Source: Octopus vulgaris (taxonomy: Eukaryota). Taken from it: a stretch of DNA of 64,000 nucleotides. Numbering within the stretch: the first letter of the stretch is position 1; each line of letters opens with the position of its first letter. The notes under the pieces were generated by a model. That model saw nothing but the letters and a program-made list of their open reading frames with translations. It did no database searches and had not been told where the DNA came from. Positions 54,167 to 64,000 of this stretch are shown one piece after another. The stretch lies in assembly GCA_951406725.2 (NCBI GenBank), contig OX597814.1:146630001-146694000 (forward strand), written 5' to 3'. A program made the position numbers and the translations under genes.

Positions 54167-54575
54167 GGCTTTGCTGTGCTGGCTGAATGATAAAAAAATA
54201 TATGCCTCCCAATCACATGGTACTGGGTTTAGTTCCGGTGCATAGCACTTTGGGCAGGTGTCTTATATATAGCATGGAGTAGACCAAAGCCTTGTGAGTG
54301 GATTTGGTAGACGAAAATTGAAAGAAACCGTCGTTTGTATATATTTATGTGTTCATGTCTGTGGTCATCCCACCTCACTCACAATCATTTGACAACTGAT
54401 GTCGTTGTATTTAGGTACTCGTAGCTTAGCGGTTCGGCAAAAATGTCTTTAGGATAAGAACTAGGCTTACAAAGAATAGGTCCTGCGGTCGATTTGTCCA
54501 ACTAAAACGTTTGAATATGTTGTTCCAGCATGGCCGTAGTCAATTGATTGAAAGAAGTAAAAGAATAAAAGAATA
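54167..54575 (+). mobile_element. SINE family A, older diverged copy
   Basis: ACCAAAGCCTTGTGAGTGGATTTGGTAGACG...CTTAGCGGTTCGGCAAAA...CCAGCATGGCCG. Confidence 0.8.
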
Positions 54576-55067
54576 TAAGTGCTTATGAATCTATTGTTAT
54601 ACTTGTGGATGGTAATTTCTTTGTGCCAATTAAACACGCGTACTATTTATTCGATCTTCCCTTTAGTTTTTCGTGTTTTTGTTTTTATTCATGCTATTTT
54701 TAGTTCAGAAGTCTGTCAGATTTCAGTCGTCACCCATTCTGTGACATTGTCAGCGATGCTCTATCCCATGTGTCACCTCATGTCCTGCTTATACAATTAT
54801 GTCCTTCTGTGATATGCCTGATGAAATGCCACTCTAACGTCTAAAACCGCAAATATCACGCAACGTTGGACATCGAAATTTTGCGTAAATAGGTGTTGTA
54901 AGCAGAGTTCGTACAGAACTGACCAATGTAGATGAGTTAAGGTATTTTATACATACCCCACACATACATACATAGAGGCACACACACACACAGACACGTA
55001 TATATATATTTCTCGGCATTTAATTTATTTATCCTTATATATGTGTGAGTGTATGTATATACCTACG

Positions 55068-55128
<61 letters not shown>

Positions 55129-56954
55129 GTGCATATATATATATATAATACATATATATATATGCAATATATATATATATGTAATTATATGTATCATCTA
55201 TACACACTAATATACTAATATATATATTATATATGTTTGTGTAAAGGATGTTTATGTGCGTGTGGGTGTGCGTGTGTGTATGCGCATATATATGTGCGCG
55301 CGCGCGTGCTTGTACATTGCGTATACGTTCAGAACTTAAATTAAAATTGCTCCCCTGGTGACTGCTGTCTACTAACGTCAGTACCAAGATTTGAAAATAT
55401 GTTTGTGCAACAATTTTCCAATTTGATCATGTTCATCCTTATCGACGTTGTTGAATAAATAATTCATCCATTACATTGGCTGACCTTTTCTTTTTTTACC
55501 TGCCTGCTGTTTTGACATGCCTTTCACTCTGCTATGTTTTATACCACAGGAATATTCACAGGAAATATCCAGACTGCTATAAAGCTCGTTGCTTAATCGA
55601 CGGTGTCTGATGAGCAAAATCAAATCAATATTCTCCGTCAATAACCTCAATTAATCTTCTTAATCGATACTCTTACATCAATAGTAATTTCTTTTTTTTT
55701 TACAATAGCCACAGACAAAGATGCATCAATAATTTCAAGTTATTTTACATTTTCCTGTAATTCAACTTCGCTATTACAAAGCATTATAGTCAATTAAAGA
55801 CGCTAGATTAATAACACGACCATAATTCTACCATAAAGGTAATAAAATTAAATAGGGTAACGAAAACCAATAAATTACAGTCAGAGATCTTGTGCTATTA
55901 ACCCGTCATCAATAAGGTTTGAAGAGTAATCTTTGATCGACTATCCCATATAAATGACGTCATTTTACATAGCTTTGATGATCAACTTTTATATTTGCCA
56001 ATATGCGATCTTCTTCAATAACCTTTGCTATTAATCTATAGAACTGTCGTGTTATAATTTAGTTATTCAATGTTGGATCACTCTTCTGATAACTATAAAT
56101 TACAACGGTTGCTGCTTAAAGTGGCTGTTATCTACGTAAAATGTAAAATCAGTGTAATCAATTACACACCAATAAGCTCATATATCCTGATTTGACGGAG
56201 CATTATCTCTTTTCAATAATTTGAGGGTAATTACATCAAGATATTAAATACATAACTCGGATTTTTTAGTGATGCAGTAATAACGATCGAATGTATTAAA
56301 AACTATGCTGTAGTTGTCGCTTACAAATACTACATGGTACATTATTAGTCATGATACGATAGAACGAAATAGTTAACGAATAATAAATATAGCCCATCGC
56401 TTCGCAATTTTCGGATGATGTTGGTAAATGAAATGTTCGAGTTGATACATTCGTAATTCTATTAATTAGTTCATCCGAATATGGCATTAAATTTCATGAT
56501 TTGTTGTACAGGAATGAAACAAATTACAATAATCTAAGATTGTTTGAAATACCTTGACATGGTATGTATCACAAAACTAAGGTTATATCCGATGCTCTAC
56601 CTTCACTAAATTTACGTTTCCTTTGTAATACGTAAAAGTCAATACTGGTAGAATAACACTGACAATTCGATAATGCTAAACTCATCTGTAACAGTGGCGT
56701 GTACTTTACGAACTAATAACATACTGACTTCATCTGTAATCAATAATATACATCATGTTCACTAGTGAATCAATACAATGAAATGCATAATAAATATTAG
56801 GACGAAGCAAAATAATACCTCATAAAATCGATAAACAAATGTACAATTACTGAATGCTAAGTTAATTCTATTTACTGAATGTCCTCAAATACCATATGAG
56901 CATATGGAGAATAATACTTGAAAGTTCTGCACATTTTAAATGGCTTATACATAC

Positions 56955-57037
<83 letters not shown>

Positions 57038-57446
57038 TATGTATGTGTATATGTACTATATATATATATATATATATATATACTAAGCAATAAAGGGTTT
57101 GGCAACGAATTGCCTTACCACATACCGAATTTAGAAATAGCAGTCAAAGAGTTATAGCTATTTCTCTACTAAAAAGGGAGATCTCAGGAAAAACAGCAAT
57201 TGGAAGGCAGACACAAACAGACACAAACATATATACTGATATAAGGCTACGTATTTTATAATTATAATTCTTTGGTACTTTTGAGTTTTAAGTGTCATGA
57301 TAGTTGTTGAAATTCAAAATGGCTGACGACTAGCATTACACTTGAAACTCAAGTGTACCAACAAATTTGAATCAGACTGCTTTGATTCATACATATAACT
57401 CACTCTAAATTGGTTGAGTGCCCTTCTTTCATTTGTCCACTCACTC

Positions 57447-57505
<59 letters not shown>

Positions 57506-58329
57506 TCTATCGACCTTGCAGAGGACTCTTTCGACAAAATTCGAAAGATTACACCTTGTTTCTGTAGAGAAAGAAATTTTTTCCTTAACAACATTCAGTG
57601 GAATTCTTTAATACTACTTCGAATATATGTCACGTACGTTTGAACTAGTACCAAATTTCTATGTCTACACACCATTGCTTAGCGCTTCTAATCCCCATAC
57701 CTAACTACAGAGAGAGTCAGACAGACACAGACACACACACACAGACACATACACAAACATACATACGCTCGCACATGAATACTGTCATTATATAGGTTTA
57801 TATGTTGGAAGTCTGTGCGCATTACGGGTTTGTGTACATAAGCGATATTAGAATAAGTCATAATTCCTGAATCGACAAAAAGCTGTATTATTGTAATTCA
57901 GGTCTATACAGACCAATATATCGACTCAAATATATTACATTGCATATTTTATTAACCTCGTATTACTAAAATTAATTTCGCCCTCATTATATCAAATTCA
58001 GAAATATGGTAATGCAAACGCATATTGTAATATATAGAATGTGGCGGTATTTCCATTCTGCCGTTTGCACAGTAACTATAAATAATGTATGTCCAAGTGT
58101 ATGTTTCGTATTTGAAGAATATGCTGCATAACTTGGGCACTAGTTGAACATGTATATGCTTCGAGATAAAGCCGGTGATTATTAATCGAGATACATTTAG
58201 AAGTTTTTTGCTCAAAAAATCACAGATTTTATGTCAAACTCTCACCCATTATATGAAAATAACACTTTCAAGGCTGAAATCGATTAGTAGAGTTACAACA
58301 GTAATTGAAGATAAAAGTATAAATTTTCA

Positions 58330-58692
58330 TATCGTGGCTGTGTGGTAAGAAGTTCACTTCACAACCACGCGGTTCCGAGTTCAGCCCCATTGTATGGCAC
58401 CTTGGAGAAATGTCTTCAACTATAGCCTCTAGCTGACCAATGCTTTTTAAGTGGATCTGGATATGTATGTATATGTACTTATGTATGTATTTATGTATGC
58501 ATTTTTGTGCATGGGTTTGTTTCTCATCACTGCCTGACAACCGCTGTTGGTATGATTGCGTCCCAGTAACATAGCTGTTCGGCAAAAGTGACCGAGAGAA
58601 TAATTGTCAGGCTTGAAAAATCGTAGTTGATTTGTTCAACTAATATCTTCAACACGGTGCCCTAGCTCCAATGACTGAAGCAAATAAAAGAT
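58330..58692 (+). mobile_element. SINE family A, older diverged copy
   Basis: GTGGCTGTGTGGTAAG...GGCACCTTGG...GTTCGGCAAAAGTGACCG...AATGACTGAA. Confidence 0.75.
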
Positions 58693-61050
58693 TGAAATAT
58701 TTGTATGCGGATGCACCAAAACTTGTTTGCATATATCCCTAATATTATGAAATGAATAACATGATATCAATGGAATCATATATGCATTCCGATTTTACTT
58801 AATAATAGTTTATTAGATTCGATGACTTTTCTTTAGAAGGAAAGGTGTTTATTTCAAGTTAAGCCGGCTGTAAGAAGGAAAATAACGCAACATCATCGAT
58901 CGTAATGTATGGTAGATATTTTCTTTTAGTTATTTGGCAAATGTGATTGGATTCTCGTAATGGCGTATAGCAAATTACTATTTGGTTTGCTTTCGTTTAT
59001 ATCTAATGGGTTTTCGATTAGTATAGTATCAAATGAATTCCGATACACAGTTAAGCTAGATACGCAACTTAAACATGAAATGATTTCACAAAAAGAAAGA
59101 GAAAGCAAGAACGACAAGTATCTATCGCTAGGTAGTAATAGCTTAATGAACAAAAAGAGACGATATGGTTTTGCTGTTTGCACGCTGGTAATTGGCCACT
59201 TCGTATCGGACATTAAAAACATGTTTTAGCGATCACCATTTTTGTGACTGTAAATTCTGGCACTGGAAGTGACTACAAACACATGCGGGTAGAGAATTGC
59301 ACGCATTCAGATATAAAGAGTGAGTCGGGACATTACATTGTTATTAATTGAGTGAAAAGGATATTAACAAACTTACTTTCGTCATGCACATGAGGATAAT
59401 TATTCTTAGATACGTAAACAATGACAAAAAACCCCCGAAAAACATCGATAGGGAGAGAATGAGATAAGTATTAAGATATATTAAATGATCAGGATTACTA
59501 CAAATATTTCCCTTCTTAACAAATGCATAAATCACACACGCAGCAACAAACAGAATAAGTGAGGAGAGAGATAGAGAGAGAAGGAGAGGGGATGCGAGAG
59601 AGAGACAGAGAGAGAGACAGAGAGACAGAGAGAGACGTATATGTAGTTTCTGGGTCATTTGATACATCTTGATGCTTCTCTTTCTCTCTCTTTCTCTCTC
59701 TCTATATATCTCTATCTATATATGTTACTCCGTTTTTCTAATCACAGTGCTTAGGTTTATATTCATTGTCAGTTATACTCTGTCAAAGATGTACAGAAAC
59801 CCATTGTGAGTAACAACCTTTTTTCTAGTTTTTTTTTCTCAAAATTTCAAGAAACATCATATATGTAAAATGAAGAAGATATCTAAGCTTTAGTAGACAA
59901 GTAGTTTACGGTTTGTGATTATAAGTTAGTTGTCAAACAGATAAAACAAATTCACACTAACAAAAAAGATCCCTGGCTCAAAACGTCTGATATCAAGTAA
60001 GTTACGCCGAATTGCCTTGCCAAATAGGCGGAACCAAAACGGCTGTAGCAAAACGTTTCATACCCTTAAGGTGGCAATCTGGTAGTATTTCATCCATCTT
60101 TGCGTTCTGGGGTCAAATTTCGCTGAGGTCCTATAATCCGACAAAATGTGGTGATAAAATATTTGCCATCATAAAGGATCTGCAACGAATGATTTCTTTG
60201 TATTGTCACTGTTTACAGCACTAGAGATATTCAGAGGCTAAATTGATGCCACCTTTAAATTCCTTGCCACTCCTTTACTGGTTGAAAAAGAGTTATTTCA
60301 AGTAAGCTGTAAATACCTTGTTATCAATAACTTAATTTATCCTACAAAGCAATGTTAAAAAGAATAGAAGCGTTGGCTCAGTTTGAAATATTGTAAATCA
60401 CGTGAGAAATTTGAGTTCGACCTCATTGATCCTTAAATAGAATACGCTAGTTGAATTAAACTAAACGAGTGGCATTCCTATGCATGAACAAGTATGAAAA
60501 TATCCTTGACATGAACGAAATACTGTGAAACATTTTTCAAAAGGACTGAATAACGCGTTCAAAACGTTACCTCACACATAAAACATTTTTAAAGACGCCA
60601 AAAGTACAATGGCTAAATGCGTTCAGGCAATAGCAACTAAAATAGAAACATCTCAGACATTCAGACAATTATGGAGAATGAATTCATGAGTGAAATAGCT
60701 ACATTAAAACGATTCACTATACCGTTCTTAATTTAAATGCAGAGTCATCAAATACCATATATTAGTTGTCAAACAGATAAAACAAATTCACACTAACGAC
60801 AATACTGGACTAGTACAATACTGGACTAGTACAAAGAAAATATACCTAAAATGTAGAAATCGGCGGGAATTTAGCAGATATTACACAGAGCCGATTGACA
60901 TTTCTTCCCGATGCTTTACTTATTCTGCCAGCACGCCATCCTGTAAGAGAGTAATCGTGAAAATAGATTTACAATTACAAGCATTAAATGAAATAAAACA
61001 CTAGTGAAGACTTAAAAGATATGTTTATAATATACATATCATAATGCATA

Positions 61051-61213
61051 GGCGTAGGAGAGGCTGTGTAGAAAGTAGCTTCCTTACCAACCACATGGCT
61101 CCGGGTTCACACCCATTGCGTGGCACCTTGGGCAAGTGTCTTCTACTATAACCTCGGGTCGACCTTGTGAGTGGATTCGGTAGACGGAAACTGAAAGAAT
61201 CCCGTCGTACATG

Positions 61214-61254
<41 letters not shown>

Positions 61255-61463
61255 ATCTTTTTGTGTTTGTCCCCAAAAATCATCGCTTGACAACCGATGC
61301 TGGTGTGTTTACATCCCCGTAACTTAGCTGTTCGGAATAGCGACCGATAGAATAAGTACTAAGCTTACAAAGAATAAGTCATGGGGTCGATTTGCGCGAC
61401 TAAAGCCGGTACTCCAGCATGACCACAGTAAAATGACTGAAACAAGAAAAAGAGCAAAGAATA
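61051..61463 (+). mobile_element. tRNA-derived SINE, family A
   Basis: Full-length match to 1879-2285. Confidence 0.9.
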
Positions 61464-62289
61464 AGATCTAAAATAAAAATCTGCAAGTTTATTCTCAACA
61501 CGGCTAGGCAGATTCATACACAAAATACGTTGCCCGACAGGATGTCTGTCTTAGGAAAAAAACTAGTCCCTTTTAAGACAGCAGTGTGTTCAACAGAATT
61601 ATCTCAGTGGTGCACGTATTCTAGGAAGCCATATTGTGTTTCGTGAACTAAAAGTAACCGGAACTCTGTGACAAACTAAATATGCTGGTTTTATTTATAC
61701 TTTCGGTGAACAAATCCTTTTCTGATCTTTGATTATATCTTCCAACTCATAAAAAAAAAATGTCATTTGCACCTTCTACAGCGAAATTTAGAATGAATAT
61801 TTGCTTCTTTGTTCTTAACAAAATATGCAGGGCGCTAAATAGTAAGTCTTAAGAGAATAACGTCTTTTTTTACGACAACTTTTTTTAAATAATCATTCCA
61901 GATCTCGCTGTTGACGGTACAAATAATATTTTCTTTTTATCGATTTGCAGATATAAGCATCGATCAGCAACTAATTTTGATGAGATAAAAATAAACATAC
62001 AAATATTCACACGCCCAAATATGTGAAGAACAAAAATAGCCCAACTCACATCATAATGCAATTTCGTTAACTGTGACTTCAATTGACTCCACTAAAATTT
62101 TGAGACACGACAACTTCCGTTTACACACAAGCAAGTCACACGCGTCATATTTGCGGACATACATATCTATATATCACTGTGTCCATATATGACTGTATGT
62201 GCTTTAGCATGAATGTGTGTATGTGTGCATGTGTGTGTATGTGTGTATGTCTGTGTATGAATGTGTATGTGTATGCGTGTGTGCGTGCA

Positions 62290-62525
62290 GAAAAGCACAT
62301 GGATTATTGGCAGGATATTCGGCTCACAATCGTTAACTTGTGAGTTTGATATCCGGCGGCGTCGTGTTTCCTTCAGCAAGGCACTTTATTTCACATAGAA
62401 CCAATACGCTGAGCTGGGAAAACTAAGTTGTACTAATAATTTAAAGGCCCAGGGTTGACACATTCTGTGTCACGCAGAGTCTCCCTGAGAACTAAGATAA
62501 GATTACATGTGTCAGTGGAGTGCTA
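62290..62525 (+). mobile_element. Degenerate chimeric SINE (family C-type head + family B tail)
   Basis: CCTTCAGCAAGGCACTTTATTTCAC resembles the reverse complement of 12725-12755, then GACACATTCTGTGTCACGCAGAGTCTCCCTGAGAACTA...GTGGAGTGCT resembles 32695-32765. Confidence 0.6.
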
Positions 62526-62557
62526 AAGAATATTATATAAACATATATGCATACGTA

Positions 62558-62621
<64 letters not shown>

Positions 62622-63001
62622 CACACACACACATATATATATATATTGTTATATACTTATATATATATTCAAAATAAGCAACGTGAATGACTCCGGTAAT
62701 TTGGTACGATCGTTTCGTACTACATCATTTTATTAAATGTTGTTAGTATCACAACAGTTTTAAAATGCTGAGCACTCATCAGCCAATTATAGAGGTTTTC
62801 CATTAATACAAAAATTTTCATATCAAGTGGCAACATTAGAGAGAAGGTAGATACATAGACACAGATGTTTTATGGATAACACCATACAGAATTCTGGTGC
62901 ATCTAAATTAAGTACCATATTCATTTGAATCTAAATTTTTGCTGCACACACACACATATATATATGTATATATATATACATATATATATATATACACATA
63001 C

Positions 63002-63056
<55 letters not shown>

Positions 63057-63057
<1 letters not shown>

Positions 63058-63419
63058 CGGGAAGGTTTACGAAAATAAACAAAAGACGAAGGCAGGTGGA
63101 GTACAAACAAACAAATGTATTAGTATGGCGCTCAGCAATAGAAATAGAACAAGTCTTTTGCGTTTCGAGCCTAAGCTCTTAGACAGAAAGATACACAGAA
63201 AAGAAACAAGGAGAGAAAAAATGCGTGTAGGAGCTAACGGTCTATCATGGCGTTCTGACTTCAGGCAGAAGTCAGAGGTCAGAGGTCAGACGTTAGACGC
63301 TAGAGGGATATATATGTGTGTATGCGTGTGTATGCGTGTGTGTTGTTTGTGCGGTTTAGCTCCCCATCTTCTTTGCATCGATATATACCTTAATCATACG
63401 CGCATATGTAACACACACA

Positions 63420-63420
<1 letters not shown>
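63057..63420 (-). mobile_element. Penelope pLTR-like terminus with variant minimal HHR
   Basis: Minus 63154-63192: TCTTT-CTGTCTA-A-GAGC-ttag-GCTC-GAAA-CGCA-AAAGA; related plus copy at 26504-26535 (CTGTCGA-AGAGCGTAGGCTCC-GAAA); (TA)n on both sides. Confidence 0.6.
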
Positions 63421-63474
<54 letters not shown>

Positions 63475-64000
63475 ATATGTGTGTGTGTATATATGTATGT
63501 GTGTGTGTGTGTGTGCGTTTGTGTATATATATTATTATATGCAACACCTGTATATAAGTATTCAGAAATATTACCCAAAGCAGTTAATAGATATAACAAT
63601 AGATAAATTATTCATACCATACGCATGTAGTATTATAATTATGATTTAGGCAGGTTGGCTCATGTATTCTCTTGAATAGTAGAAATATATGACCAAAATA
63701 ATAGTGAAATATATGTCCAATCGAATATATTTGTTTTGTTGGCAGAACACAGCCAACATTCTGACTATTTTATTAAAACTTCTAAATACAAATATACTTT
63801 CTTTATCATTGATCTGATGTCTCTATCAATCTCTGTCACCATAGCATATTATTAACTGTCTTATCAATGTATTTCTAATGTTACAGACTGCCAAGCTAAT
63901 AGAGCACTTTCAATTTTTACAAATACTCATACAGCATTCCTTAAATGTTTTCGGTATTGTAGCTTTTACATGAATGTAATGTATAGAAATTTCACCTCTT

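Noticed and set aside
55700-56800. Possible decayed cadherin-like coding relic on the minus strand
   Set aside because: Only faint resemblance; no intact DxNDN or LDRE motif, and stops in all frames.
58895-59229. GPCR-like snippets (IVMYGRYF; KKRRYGFAVCTLVIGHF)
   Set aside because: Separated by stops and no other TM signatures; would need tblastn/HMMER support.
59926-60817. CRISPR-like 36-bp repeat
   Set aside because: Only two copies, 800 bp apart, eukaryotic context, no cas genes.

Overview
AT-rich eukaryotic intergenic or intronic DNA, saturated with (TA)n, (CATA)n, (TAA)n and (TTC)n microsatellites. The SINE repertoire points to an octopus (inference from remembered repeat families, not a search). 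I can support no intact host gene, tRNA/rRNA gene or CRISPR array, and most listed ORFs are microsatellite translations. Recognisable content is decayed mobile DNA: a Tx1/L1-type ORF1, R4/Dong and CRE-type RLE LINE fragments, a Penelope GIY-YIG fragment, mariner, Tc1, hAT and Helitron relics, and four modular tRNA-SINE families. The unexplained signal is a dozen or so short non-coding elements carrying minimal hammerhead-ribozyme (HHR) cores (CTGANGA...GAAA + palindrome + TA), mostly in fold-back form and docked in (TA)n. Two stand out. One is a head-to-head dimer of a tRNA-headed, HHR-bearing element (38085-40345). The other is a very young HHR-element event that copied about 590 bp of flanking DNA in a permuted, inverted arrangement (51403-53355).
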